Below, in pieces: positions 16,494 through 26,797 of a stretch of DNA of 64,000 nt. Position numbers and translations under genes: made by a program. This stretch comes from Syntrophales bacterium (GTDB lineage: Bacteria > Desulfobacterota > Syntrophia > Syntrophales > UBA4778). The stretch lies in contig CAXXQE010000007.1 in NCBI GenBank assembly GCA_963665615.2, positions 186,001-250,000 of the forward strand, read 5' to 3'. Below the pieces are notes generated by a model. The model ran no database searches and was not told where the DNA came from. It was given only the letters and a program-made list of their open reading frames with translations. Positions within the stretch are counted from its first letter, which is position 1. The number at the start of each line of letters is the position of its first letter.

Positions 16494-19244
16494 ATGCCCG
16501 TGCCTTATAAACCGACTTACGAAGACCTGGAAAAAAGAATCAAATCTCTTGAAGAAGAGATGATTAAAGTCAAGCAAGAGAAAGAAGATGAGCTTGCCTT
16601 GAAGGAGGCTTTTTTCGAAGCACAACTGGAAGCTAGTATTGATGGTATCATAGTGGTCAATGAAAAGCAGGAAGTAGTCCTGGCCAATAAACGTGCGTTT
16701 TGGATGGCAGGTGATATCCCATTTCCTGATGAGTTACATAATATTGACTCCGAAACATTCGTTCAACAGTTGGCGAGTAAAACAAAAAATCCAGAACAGT
16801 TCCTTAAGAAGACCAAATTTCTCATCGATCATCCGTCTGAGACGTGCCGGGATGAGGTCGAATTTATAAATGGTACTATCATTGATCGATACACATCCCC
16901 CATAACAGGTAAGAATGGCCAATGTCATGGCAGGATATGGATTTTAAAAGATATCACGAAACGAAAAAATGCGGAAAAGGCCTTGCGCAAAAGCGAGGCA
17001 ACGCTCCGTAGCGTGTTCAAAGCCACTCCCGTAGGCCTTTGCATTATGAAAGATCGTGTTTTCTTGGATGTTAATAAGACCTGGCTGGAAAACCTGGGAT
17101 ACTCTGAGACTGAAATCATCGGACATACTCCTCGATTATTATATGAAAATGATGAGGAATATGCCCGCGTAGGGCGTGAGTTATTCACAAACCTTCTGGA
17201 ATGCGGTCTGGCTTCGGTTCAAACGGTACACAGAAGAAAAAATGGAGAACTGCGTGATGCCATCTTAACGGCTGTACCACTTCAATCGGAAGATGGCTAT
17301 TTAGGGATGGAAGTCGTTTCGGTTGAAGATATTACCGAACGTAAACGAGCAAGTGAGGAGTTGGAAAACAGCGAGCGGTTCCTCAGTAACATAGTTGAAA
17401 ACATGCCGGATATGATTTTTGTTAAAGATGCCAGAGAACTTCGCTTTGTAAGATTCAATAGAGCAGGTGAAAAACTACTAGGGTATCCGAGAGATATGTT
17501 AATCGGGAAGAACGACTATGACTTCTTCCCGGAAAACGAAGCAGATTTCTTCACAACTAAAGACAGGGATGTTCTTAGCAGCAAACAGCCTATCGATATT
17601 CCGGAGGAAACAATCCAGACTGGGCATGAGGGTGAAAAAATCCTTCACACTAAAAAGATACCGATTTTGGATAAAGATGGAACCCCTCAATACCTCCTGG
17701 GCATCGCAGAAGACATCACTGAACGCAAGCGGGGGGAGAAAGAGCATATGCATCTGGTGATGGCCATCGAACAGGCTGCAGAAGCCGTATTTATATGCGA
17801 GCCTGATGGGACCATCCGGTATGTTAACCCAGTATGCAAGCGCATGACCGGTTATGAAAAGGACGAGATTATTGGTCAACCCTTGCAGATTCTTAAGAGC
17901 GATAAACATGACGAGGCTTTCTTCAGAAACATAGGGGACACCATTTCCAACGGTGAAGTATGGTCAGGACGGATCACCAATAAAAGGAAAGATGGAACGT
18001 TATACGAAGTGGAGGTTACCGTCTCACCCGTTCGGGACAACTCTGGCGCTATCACAAGCTATGTAAGCATCCACCGGGATATCACCAACGAAGTAGTCCT
18101 TGAAAAAAGCCTGCGTCAGGCGCAGAAGATGGAGGCGCTAGGTACCCTGGCAGGGGGGATTGCCCATGACTTTAATAACATTCTTTCCGCCATTATCGGC
18201 TATACGCAACTGTCACAATTCAAAGTCCCGGAAGGCAGCTTGGAGTCGTCGTACCTGGGGCAAGTACTCACCGCAGGTGCGCGGGCGAAAGACCTGGTTA
18301 GTCAGATCCTTACCTTCAGCCGTCAGCAGGAACTGGAACGTAAACCGATTCTTATTGCTCCCCTTATCAAGGAAGGAATCAAAATGCTGCGGTCTTCTAT
18401 CCCGTCCACTATTCGAATCAAGCAGGTTGTTTCAGAAACACCCATGATGATTTTTGCAGACCCCACTCAGATCCATCAGGTGCTGATGAACCTCTGTACC
18501 AATGCCGCACATGCCATGCAGGAGAAGGGTGGGATATTGGACATTCAATTGGTGCCGGAAAGAGTTGTCCGGGACAAACCACTTCAACCACTTGTTCTCA
18601 TGCCCGGCGACTATGCGAAGTTAACGGTCAGTGATACTGGGTGCGGAATTGACTCATCCGTTATGGATAAAATATTCGATCCATTTTTCACTACAAAGAG
18701 TGTCGGAGAAGGAACAGGTCTCGGTCTGTCCGTTGTCTATGGAATAGTCAGGGATCAGAACGGCGCTATTGATATAAGCAGTGAACCCGGAAAGGGGACA
18801 ACTGTCACGGTATATTTCCCGCTGACTGAGACTGAAAAGATAATCCAGGAAGATATGCCTGAACGCATTTCTGGCGGCAACGAACGCATTCTCTTTGTCG
18901 ACGATGAAGCCACTCTGGTTGAATTAGGAAACGCGATACTGACATCCCTTGGGTATCATGTCACAACGAGGACAAGCAGCATCGAGGCGCTGGAGGCATT
19001 TCGTTCCAGGCCGCATGATTTTGACCTGGTTATAACAGACATGACCATGCCCAACATGAGGGGGGATCATTTAGCCAAGGAGCTTTTGAAAATAAAACAG
19101 GATCTTCCGATTGTTCTCTGCACCGGCTTCAGTGAGATATTATCTGAAGCGAGGGCAAAAGATATTGGTATCCGTGGGTTTATCATGAAGCCCATTACTG
19201 TGAAGGATATTGCGAAAGCCGTTCGGGATGTCCTTGATAAGTAA
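16494..19244 (+). CDS. Multi-PAS hybrid sensor histidine kinase/response regulator
   Basis: Four PAS-type segments; H-box AGGIAHDFNNIL; NLCTNA; DTGCG; FDPFFTTK..GEGTGLGL; C-terminal REC (FVDDE...TDMTMP...KP). Start chosen after GGAGG. Confidence 0.92.
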   Translation: MPVPYKPTYEDLEKRIKSLEEEMIKVKQEKEDELALKEAFFEAQLEASIDGIIVVNEKQEVVLANKRAFWMAGDIPFPDELHNIDSETFVQQLASKTKNPEQFLKKTKFLIDHPSETCRDEVEFINGTIIDRYTSPITGKNGQCHGRIWILKDITKRKNAEKALRKSEATLRSVFKATPVGLCIMKDRVFLDVNKTWLENLGYSETEIIGHTPRLLYENDEEYARVGRELFTNLLECGLASVQTVHRRKNGELRDAILTAVPLQSEDGYLGMEVVSVEDITERKRASEELENSERFLSNIVENMPDMIFVKDARELRFVRFNRAGEKLLGYPRDMLIGKNDYDFFPENEADFFTTKDRDVLSSKQPIDIPEETIQTGHEGEKILHTKKIPILDKDGTPQYLLGIAEDITERKRGEKEHMHLVMAIEQAAEAVFICEPDGTIRYVNPVCKRMTGYEKDEIIGQPLQILKSDKHDEAFFRNIGDTISNGEVWSGRITNKRKDGTLYEVEVTVSPVRDNSGAITSYVSIHRDITNEVVLEKSLRQAQKMEALGTLAGGIAHDFNNILSAIIGYTQLSQFKVPEGSLESSYLGQVLTAGARAKDLVSQILTFSRQQELERKPILIAPLIKEGIKMLRSSIPSTIRIKQVVSETPMMIFADPTQIHQVLMNLCTNAAHAMQEKGGILDIQLVPERVVRDKPLQPLVLMPGDYAKLTVSDTGCGIDSSVMDKIFDPFFTTKSVGEGTGLGLSVVYGIVRDQNGAIDISSEPGKGTTVTVYFPLTETEKIIQEDMPERISGGNERILFVDDEATLVELGNAILTSLGYHVTTRTSSIEALEAFRSRPHDFDLVITDMTMPNMRGDHLAKELLKIKQDLPIVLCTGFSEILSEARAKDIGIRGFIMKPITVKDIAKAVRDVLDK

Positions 19245-19459
19245 GAAAGATCTGCTGTGTTTCAGTTGGTATTTACCGATAGAACGAATAATGTGTATTG
19301 TTGATTCGTAGGTAAAATCGTTGACTGGACAGGACTTGGTTTGACCGTGTCTATCAAGTCAAGTACAGGTCAGGACATCTAACAGCATCAGCCTTAAAGG
19401 ATATTTCGTACCTATACGGGTAATCGTAATAAATTACAAAGGCCTGTTACAGAATTTTC

Positions 19460-20347
19460 ATGAATGAACTTAGATTCGATAAAATTCTATTTATACCCGG
19501 TCTCAATAAAGGCAGATACCCGTATTGTAATTCGCTTTATATCGAAGATGAAGTCAAAGCAGTTATAGACCCTGCTTCGAATCGGGATCGGTTACTGAAC
19601 ATTAAAGAAACAACCGGCGTTGATGTCATCATCAACAGCCATTATCATGAGGATCATTTTGCTTTTAATTATCTTTTCCCCGATGCAGCGTTATGGGTTC
19701 CTGAAGCTGAAGCGCCATGCTTCAAGTCAATAAAGAGACTTTTTGAATATTGGGGGTCTGTCGGGCCATCCACAGAATCCAGATTCAGAGATTATCTTGA
19801 ACCGTTCAATTACGAGGAGCGCACTCCCGCCCGCGAAATCTGCGATGGCGAGATCCTTGACTTCGGCAGCACAAAACTCGAGGTCATTCACACGCCCGGA
19901 CACACGCCCGGTCATTCGTGTTTTTATTGCGAAGAACAGAAACTGCTTTTTACCGCCGATCTCGACATGAGCTCTTTCGGGCCCTGGTATGGCGACAAGT
20001 ATTCCGATCTCATTCAGACCATTCAATCCATTCAGCGATTGTTAACGATCCCGGCCGATGTTTATATCACTTCACATGATGCGGGCGTCATAATGGGCAG
20101 TATCCATGAAAAAGCAGAAGCTTACCTCCATGTTATAAAAGAGAGGGAAAACAGAGTGCTGGAGTTTTTACAAAAAGAACGCACAATCCCCGAAATGCTC
20201 GCTCAGTGGCTAATCTATAAAAAACCTAAAGAACCTAAGGAAGTATATATCTGCTCGGAAGAAGTCATGCTCAGACATCATCTCGCCTATTCAATGCAGA
20301 AGGGGCAGATCCAAAAAAAGTCAGGCGATAGATATGTAGCAGTTTAA
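19460..20347 (+). CDS. MBL-fold metallo-hydrolase
   Basis: SHYHEDH, HTPGHTPGH, FTAD, TSH motifs. Confidence 0.85.
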   Translation: MNELRFDKILFIPGLNKGRYPYCNSLYIEDEVKAVIDPASNRDRLLNIKETTGVDVIINSHYHEDHFAFNYLFPDAALWVPEAEAPCFKSIKRLFEYWGSVGPSTESRFRDYLEPFNYEERTPAREICDGEILDFGSTKLEVIHTPGHTPGHSCFYCEEQKLLFTADLDMSSFGPWYGDKYSDLIQTIQSIQRLLTIPADVYITSHDAGVIMGSIHEKAEAYLHVIKERENRVLEFLQKERTIPEMLAQWLIYKKPKEPKEVYICSEEVMLRHHLAYSMQKGQIQKKSGDRYVAV

Positions 20348-20435
20348 TAAATCTATCAACCGGATGCATGACGGAATCGGAACAACAACCTTTCAGGGAA
20401 TGCGTTCACCCCAATTACCTTCCCCAGAAACAAAA

Positions 20436-20466
20436 CAAGGGATTGCAGCAAACGTGCAATCCCTTG
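20436..20466 (-). terminator. Hairpin terminator downstream of tRNA-Pro
   Basis: caagggattgca-gcaaacg-tgcaatcccttg, followed on the minus strand by ttttgttt. Confidence 0.7.
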
Positions 20467-20473
20467 AATTTAC

Positions 20474-20550
20474 TGGTCGGGGCGCGGTGATTCGAACACC
20501 GGACATCTTGCTCCCAAAGCAAGCGCGCTACCAGGCTGCGCTACGCCCCG
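20474..20550 (-). tRNA. tRNA-Pro(TGG)
   Basis: Reverse complement cggggcgtagcgcagcctggtagcgcgcttgctttgggagcaagatgtccggtgttcgaatcaccgcgccccgacca: cloverleaf, TTCGAA T-loop, anticodon TGG, CCA end. Confidence 0.95.
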
Positions 20551-20571
20551 TTTCTATTTTCGAGTCGCGGA

Positions 20572-21165
20572 TTATAAACGATCCCGAGTGATTTTTTCCA
20601 TCAATTTTTGCAGTGCTTTCGCCCGGTGGCTGATCTTGTTTTTCTCATCGAGAGGAATCTCTGCGACAGTTCGTCCGAGCCCGGGGACCAGGAAAACAGG
20701 ATCATAACCAAACCCATCGTCGCCTCGCCGCTCGGCGATAATCATGCCTTCCAGGGTCCCGTCGAAGGCCTCGTAACGCCCATCGGGATCATGGAGGACC
20801 AGGACACAACGAAAACGGGCGGTACGCTTGTCGTCAGGCACTGATTTGAGGTCACTCAGCAGTTTTTCGATGTTGGCCTCGTCGGTAGCTGATGGACCCG
20901 CATAGCGAGCTGAATAGATGCCGGGGGCGCCATTCAGCACATCGACCTCCAGACCGGAGTCATCCGCCAGCGTTGTCAAGCCCGTCTGTTCGGAAACGAA
21001 GCGCGCCTTTTTGAGGGCATTGGCGAGGAAGCTGTCGCCATCTTCTACAACCTCCGGCAAATCCGGAAAATCGCTCAGGCTCAGCACCTCCGCCCGTCCC
21101 TCGAGCAGCGCGGCAATCTCCCGGCGCTTTCCCTGATTGCGGGATGCAAAGACGATGCGCTTCAA
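20572..21165 (-). CDS. rdgB: Non-canonical purine NTP pyrophosphatase (dITP/XTP)
   Basis: [34 protein letters not shown]. Confidence 0.95.
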   Translation of the reverse strand: MKRIVFASRNQGKRREIAALLEGRAEVLSLSDFPDLPEVVEDGDSFLANALKKARFVSEQTGLTTLADDSGLEVDVLNGAPGIYSARYAGPSATDEANIEKLLSDLKSVPDDKRTARFRCVLVLHDPDGRYEAFDGTLEGMIIAERRGDDGFGYDPVFLVPGLGRTVAEIPLDEKNKISHRAKALQKLMEKITRDRL

Positions 21166-21884
21166 CGAAGCGCTCCGGAAATGTCCTTCTGCTTCTGAAT
21201 GATCGTCGCGATGCCGCTTTCGGCGAGCTGCATCATGTCGAGGAGCATCTTGCGGTCGAAAGGTTCCCGCTCGGCGGTGCCCTGAACCTCGACGAACTTC
21301 CCCTGCCCTGTCATCACGAAGTTCATATCGACCTCGGCACTGGAATCTTCCTCGTAGTCAAGATCGAGCATGAGCCGTCCGTCGACGATGCCGACACTAA
21401 CGGCGGCAACGTAATCGAAAATGGGAATCGTTTCGACGAGTCCCTTGTCCTTCAATGTGCGGAAGGCGTCAATCAGTGCGATGAGGCTTCCGGTGATGGA
21501 CGCGGTACGCGTACCGCCGTCTGCCTGGATCACGTCGCAGTCGATATGCACCGTCCGTTCGCCGAAGGCGCTGAGATCGGTCACCGCGCGAAGCGAGCGT
21601 CCAATCAGGCGCTGGATCTCGTGGGTCCGGCCGGTAAGCTTCCCCTTGGCGCTCTCACGGGGGCTCCGCGTATGTGTGGCCGAGGGCAGCATGGCGTATT
21701 CGGCCGTCAGCCAGCTTCGTCCCGTGTTTTTCAGAAACGCGGGAACGCCCTCTTCCAGAGAGGCCGCACAGATCACGCGCGTCTGGCCCATTTCAATCAA
21801 GACGGATCCGGCGGGGTGTTTCAAAAAGTCTCTCGTAATCTTCAAATCTCTGATGGCCGTCAAGGCGCGGTCGTCTTTTCTCAT
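21162..21884 (-). CDS. rph: Ribonuclease PH
   Basis: [36 protein letters not shown]; start at MRKDDR. Confidence 0.95.
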   Translation of the reverse strand: MRKDDRALTAIRDLKITRDFLKHPAGSVLIEMGQTRVICAASLEEGVPAFLKNTGRSWLTAEYAMLPSATHTRSPRESAKGKLTGRTHEIQRLIGRSLRAVTDLSAFGERTVHIDCDVIQADGGTRTASITGSLIALIDAFRTLKDKGLVETIPIFDYVAAVSVGIVDGRLMLDLDYEEDSSAEVDMNFVMTGQGKFVEVQGTAEREPFDRKMLLDMMQLAESGIATIIQKQKDISGALR

Positions 21885-21930
21885 GTCAACTACTTCGCTC
21901 CGCAGTATTGAATATTCAAAAGAAGATTGT

Positions 21931-22662
21931 TTAGTCCTGATTCGCTCGCTTATCCCGCGACAAGTCACGGGAAATGGGATCGCTGAAAAATTCCCGAATA
22001 CCGGCTGCAATCGCAGCGGCCATTTCCTTGACGACATCGGCGTCGAGGAGGTTCTTCCTGTCGTCGCCGTTCGACGCAAATCCGATCTCCAGTAAAAGTA
22101 CCGGCGTCGCTGCCTCCCTCAGGCGAATGGGCCCCTCGCGCAGATCCCGGTCTTTTCTCGGCAAAACCCGATCGAGATGCCTCTGAAGAATCTTGGCGAA
22201 TCGGACGCTTTCGTTGAGAGCCTTGGTATGCACCATGTCGTTGACGATGGCGCCCGCGCCCCCCTTGCCATCCCCCGAGGCGGAGAAGCCGGGGAAGTAC
22301 ATTTCATAGCCCGTCGCCTTTTTCCCGAATCCCGCATTGACGTGGAGACTCAGGACAAAATCCGCGCTGCCGGCCTTCCCGACAGCGATCCGCTGTGCGA
22401 GTGATACATCGCGATCGTCTGAACGGGTCAGCACGACCTTAACGCCGCGAGCTCGTTCTACGTCGGCTTTAATGAGGAGCGCCAGTTTCAGGGTGAGGTC
22501 TTTTTCATACCGGCCCATCGCAACCTTGACGCCCTCGTCCCGACCGCCGTGAGCGGGATCGAGGACAATGCAGTTGCCATGCTGATCGCGCGCACTGGCG
22601 GCCGAGGAAGCCAGCGCAAGGGCCATCAAGACGGTAACAATGAGGATGATCGGTTTTTTCAT
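21931..22662 (-). CDS. N-acetylmuramoyl-L-alanine amidase (Amidase_3)
   Basis: Signal peptide; LDPAHGG, EKDLTL, SLHVNA, LLEIGF. Confidence 0.85.
   Translation of the reverse strand: MKKPIILIVTVLMALALASSAASARDQHGNCIVLDPAHGGRDEGVKVAMGRYEKDLTLKLALLIKADVERARGVKVVLTRSDDRDVSLAQRIAVGKAGSADFVLSLHVNAGFGKKATGYEMYFPGFSASGDGKGGAGAIVNDMVHTKALNESVRFAKILQRHLDRVLPRKDRDLREGPIRLREAATPVLLLEIGFASNGDDRKNLLDADVVKEMAAAIAAGIREFFSDPISRDLSRDKRANQD
21936..21987 (+). repeat. Partial copy of the GCAAGC-loop palindromic repeat (second-hairpin half)
   Basis: 43/52 identical to 37509-37560. Confidence 0.7.
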
Positions 22663-22675
22663 GGCGACTGCTTTA

Positions 22676-24826
22676 TCACGTTCTGCGGATTCTTTCTACA
22701 GAAAGCACGCTTCGGACCTTCTTGAGCGTCGATTTCAGTTGGTTGAATTGATTGAGATCGCGTACCTCGAGCTGAAAATCCAGCATGGCGTTCTGTTCAG
22801 GGCTCGTATTGACATTCGCGTGGGCGATGTTGATATCGAGCGATGCGATGGTGTTGCTGATCTCCGCCAGCAGGCCCTTTTTATCCTTGCAGATGACGCG
22901 GACCTGAACAGGATAGGTCTGCCGTTCCTTGATGTTCCACTGAACCTCTACGAGCCGCTCAGAATCCGTCCCCTTGAGCATCGCGCAGCTCGTCAGGTGG
23001 ACGCTAAGCCCTCGTCCCCGGGAGATATAGCCAACCACGTCGTCGCCGGGCAATGGATCGCAGCAGCGGGCGAAACGCACCATCATGTCCTCCACGCCGG
23101 TAATGGACACGCCTGCGGAGTCTGTCTTTCTGAGTTTCTGCTTGATCTTCTCCAGGATCATCGCATCCGCTTTTTTCTCTCCCTCCGGCACAAGGCGGTT
23201 GACGATCGATTTGGCCGAGATCTTGCCATAGCCAATGAGGGCCATGAGATCGTCCACAGTGTTGAGAGACGATTCGTGCAGAATTTCCTGGAAGGTCTCC
23301 GATTTGAGCACCTGATTGACTTTTAGATGCTGTTTTTTGACCTCTTTTTCAAAGATATCCTTCCCGAGATCGATGCTTTTGCGGCTCTCCTCGGCCTTGA
23401 GCCAGTTCTTGATCTTGGAGATGGCCTTGCTCGTCACAGCATACTTCAGCCAGTCCTTGCCGGGATGGTGACCCGCCTGGGTAATGATCTCGACCGTGTC
23501 GCCGTTTTGAAGCTCGTATTTAAGGGGAACGATGCTGCGGTTGACCTTCGCCCCGATACAGGTATTGCCGACGTCGGTATGGATACTGTAAGCGAAGTCG
23601 ATCGGGGTGGCGCCCTTCGGAAAGCTCTTCACGTCGCCGTTGGGCGTAAAGACATAGACCTCGTCCGGAAAGAGGGCCATCTTGATGTTCTTCATAAACT
23701 CGCGGGGATTCTTGAGGTCGTGCTGGACATCCAGGAGTTCCCGCAGATGTTTGATCTGTTCCTCGTCCTTGCCCCGGATGGGCGCCCCTTTCTCCTTATA
23801 ACGCCAGTGCGCCGCGATCCCCTCCTCCGCCCACTCATGCATGGCCTTGGTGCGGATCTGGATCTCCACCCGTTCGCCGTAGGGACCGATCACTGTGGTG
23901 TGCAGCGAGCGATAGTTGTTGCCCTTCGGCATGGCGATGTAGTCCTTGAAGCGACCGGGAACGGGCTTCCAGAGCGAGTGGACGACGCTCAGCGCCTCGT
24001 AACACTCCTTGTCCCTATCGGAGTCCAGGACAATGCGAAAGGCGATGAGATCATAAACCTCGTCCAGATTGATGTGCTGATCCATCATCTTTTTATAGAC
24101 GCCATAGAGGTGCTTGGCGCGGCCCTCGACGAATCCGGATAGACCGACGTCTTTGATCTCTTTATCGATGATGCTCTTGACCTCTTCGGTGTACTTGCTT
24201 CTCTCCGCGCTTTTGCCGGCGATGCGCCTGGCCAGGTCTTGATATTCCTCAGGGTGGAGATACTGGAAGGAGAGGTCTTCGAGTTCGGTCTTCATCCAAT
24301 TGATACCGAGACGATTGGCCAGTGGCGCATAGAGCTCCATCGTCTCCTTGGCGATGAATTTCTGGCGTATCTGCGATTGGAACTGAAGGGTCCGCATGTT
24401 GTGAACGCGGTCGGCGAGTCGCACCAAAAGGATCCGGATATCCGCGGACATGGCGAGGATCATCTTGCGGAAATTCTCCGCCTGCCGCTCTTCCTGCGAA
24501 CTCAAGGTGATCTTGCTGATCTTGGTGAGCCCCTCGACGAGAAAGGCGATCTCGTTTCCGAAGGCCTTGGCGATCTGGTCTTTGGTCGCCCACGTGTCTT
24601 CCACGGTATCATGAAGCAGACCCGTAACGATGGTGGACGTATCGAGCTTCATGTCCGACAGGATGCCCGCTACTTCCATGGGATGGGTCAGATAGGGTTC
24701 GCCTGACAAACGCACCTGCCCCTGATGAACGGCTGCGCTGAAGATATAGGCCTTCTCGATCATATCCTGATCTTCCTGGGACAGGTAATCGGAGACCTTG
24801 TCGAGTATGTCCGTTATTCTCAGCAT
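22676..24826 (-). CDS. relA: Bifunctional (p)ppGpp synthetase/hydrolase RelA/SpoT
   Basis: GEPYLTHP, LLHDTVEDT, YRSLHTTV, EIQIRT, AAHWRYK; TGS and ACT domains. Confidence 0.93.
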   Translation of the reverse strand: MLRITDILDKVSDYLSQEDQDMIEKAYIFSAAVHQGQVRLSGEPYLTHPMEVAGILSDMKLDTSTIVTGLLHDTVEDTWATKDQIAKAFGNEIAFLVEGLTKISKITLSSQEERQAENFRKMILAMSADIRILLVRLADRVHNMRTLQFQSQIRQKFIAKETMELYAPLANRLGINWMKTELEDLSFQYLHPEEYQDLARRIAGKSAERSKYTEEVKSIIDKEIKDVGLSGFVEGRAKHLYGVYKKMMDQHINLDEVYDLIAFRIVLDSDRDKECYEALSVVHSLWKPVPGRFKDYIAMPKGNNYRSLHTTVIGPYGERVEIQIRTKAMHEWAEEGIAAHWRYKEKGAPIRGKDEEQIKHLRELLDVQHDLKNPREFMKNIKMALFPDEVYVFTPNGDVKSFPKGATPIDFAYSIHTDVGNTCIGAKVNRSIVPLKYELQNGDTVEIITQAGHHPGKDWLKYAVTSKAISKIKNWLKAEESRKSIDLGKDIFEKEVKKQHLKVNQVLKSETFQEILHESSLNTVDDLMALIGYGKISAKSIVNRLVPEGEKKADAMILEKIKQKLRKTDSAGVSITGVEDMMVRFARCCDPLPGDDVVGYISRGRGLSVHLTSCAMLKGTDSERLVEVQWNIKERQTYPVQVRVICKDKKGLLAEISNTIASLDINIAHANVNTSPEQNAMLDFQLEVRDLNQFNQLKSTLKKVRSVLSVERIRRT

Positions 24827-24913
24827 GGGCATCCTGTTGCGCAATCCATGCGCGGCAAGGCGTCATCGCCCGATGCGCGCGGGCAAAAGGTTACGCTCGC
24901 TCCTGCGGGCCCG

Positions 24914-26635
24914 CTACGACGCCGTCCCGACAGCATCGGCTATGAAGGTCCGGATATAGCCGGGCGCATCGGCCAGAAGCACTTCATCGACGACGCCGGT
25001 TTTCCGGATCTTGATCTCGACCTTGCCTTCCGCCAACTTCTTGGGACCGACTGTCACGCGCAACGGAATGCCGATCAGATCGGCGTCATTGAACTTGACG
25101 CCCGCCCGTTCGTCGCGATCGTCGAGGAGCGCCTCCACCCCATCGGCAGTAAGCCGGTCGTAGAGATCTCGCGCGGTTTTCAGCAGGCTTTCCTCATTGA
25201 CATTGACGGGTGTAATAATCACCTGGAACGGCGCGATCGGCACGGGCCAGGTGATCCCCTTGTCGTCGTAATTCTGTTCGATCGCAGCCGCCACCGTCCG
25301 ACCAATACCGATCCCGTAACAGCCCATGATCATGACCTGTTCCTGACCGCTACGGTCTAGATACATGGCGTGCATGGCCTTGCTGTACTTGGTGCCGAGC
25401 TTGAAGACGTGTCCGACCTCGATCCCGCGAGCGAATCGAATCTCCGAACGGCAACGCGGACAGGCATCGCCCTCGGTGATGACGCGCAGATCGGCATAGT
25501 CGCTGATCTTGAAGTCCCGGCTGATATTGGCGTTGAGGATATGATAGTCCTGTTTGTTGGCGCCGACCACCATATTTTGCATCGGTTTGAGGGAATAATC
25601 GGCAACGACCTTGACCTTGATTCCGATCGGTCCCGCAAAGCCTCGCGGCGCGCCTGTCGCCTTGAGGATGACGTCGTCGGTGGCCAGTTCGAGCGTGTCC
25701 GCCTTGAGGTAGTTCCGAAGTTTTGCTTCGTTGATCTCCATATCGCCGCGTACCAGGACAGCAACCACCTCGGCGTCGCCCTGGTAGATCATCGTCTTGA
25801 CGATCTGCTCGGGCGATACCTTCAGGAAGTCGCAGACCTCATGGATCGTCCGGACATTGGGAGTCTCCACCTCCGTCAAGGGCAGCGGCTCGACCGGCGT
25901 AGACATTGTTTCCGGCGCCAGCACCTCCGCCTTTTCAAGATTGGCGGCGTATTGACAGGCGGCGCAGAAGGCGACTGCATCCTCGCCGGAATCGGCGATG
26001 ACCATGAACTCGTGAGAGGAACTCCCCCCGATATTGCCGGTGTCTGCTTCAACGGCCCTGAAAACGAGTCCGCAGCGGCTGAAGATCCGCATATAGGCGT
26101 CGTACATTTTCTGATAGCTAAGATCCGCGCCCGCCATATCCGCATCGAAGCTGTAAGCGTCCTTCATGCCAAACTCGCGGCAGCGCATGACGCCGAAGCG
26201 CGGTCGGATCTCGTCGCGGTACTTCGTCTGGATCTGATAGAGGTTCTTGGGAAGCTGGCGGTAGGTCTTGATGTCGTTCCGGACCAGATCAGTGATAACC
26301 TCTTCGTGCGTGGGGCCTAGACAGCTCTCCCGATTATGTCGGTCTTTGAAGCGGATCAGTTCTTTTCCATAAAAACTCCAGCGCCCCGACTCCTGCCAGA
26401 GCTCGGCCGGCTGAATAGCGGGCATCAGAACCTCTTGCGCGCCGGCGCGGTTCATCTCCTCGCGGACGATCTGTTCCACCTTCCTGATGACACGCAAGCC
26501 CAAAGGCAGATAAGAGTAAACACCGCTGGTCAGCTTTCGGATCATGCCGGCCCGCAGCATCAGCTGATGGCTGATGATTTCGGCGTCCGTCGGCACCTCA
26601 CGAATGGTTGGTAAAAAGAGTTCAGAATACAGCAT
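24914..26635 (-). CDS. proS: Proline--tRNA ligase
   Basis: LGPTHEE, RDEIRPRFGVMR, GIEVGHVFKLG, MGCYGIG. Confidence 0.97.
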   Translation of the reverse strand: MLYSELFLPTIREVPTDAEIISHQLMLRAGMIRKLTSGVYSYLPLGLRVIRKVEQIVREEMNRAGAQEVLMPAIQPAELWQESGRWSFYGKELIRFKDRHNRESCLGPTHEEVITDLVRNDIKTYRQLPKNLYQIQTKYRDEIRPRFGVMRCREFGMKDAYSFDADMAGADLSYQKMYDAYMRIFSRCGLVFRAVEADTGNIGGSSSHEFMVIADSGEDAVAFCAACQYAANLEKAEVLAPETMSTPVEPLPLTEVETPNVRTIHEVCDFLKVSPEQIVKTMIYQGDAEVVAVLVRGDMEINEAKLRNYLKADTLELATDDVILKATGAPRGFAGPIGIKVKVVADYSLKPMQNMVVGANKQDYHILNANISRDFKISDYADLRVITEGDACPRCRSEIRFARGIEVGHVFKLGTKYSKAMHAMYLDRSGQEQVMIMGCYGIGIGRTVAAAIEQNYDDKGITWPVPIAPFQVIITPVNVNEESLLKTARDLYDRLTADGVEALLDDRDERAGVKFNDADLIGIPLRVTVGPKKLAEGKVEIKIRKTGVVDEVLLADAPGYIRTFIADAVGTAS

Positions 26636-26674
26636 GCGGATCTCCTTGTATCAATGACAGTCTCGAAGAGACAG

Positions 26675-26770
26675 GTCATTGCGCTTGTCCCGAGGTCGTA
26701 ATCGGGGAGCAAAGCGAAGCAATCTAACGCACTACCTTTACGCGATTGCTTCGTCACTCCTCGCAATGAC
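26675..26770. repeat. REP/RPE-like palindromic element
   Basis: gtcattgcg...cgcaatgac outer inverted repeat enclosing cgaagcaatc...gattgcttcg, intergenic between ispG and proS. Confidence 0.7.
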
Positions 26771-26797
26771 AAACATAATTACTTATCATAAAGATCA

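Noticed and set aside
19320..19375. Imperfect inverted repeat upstream of the MBL hydrolase
   Set aside because: Too degenerate to assign as an operator or terminator.
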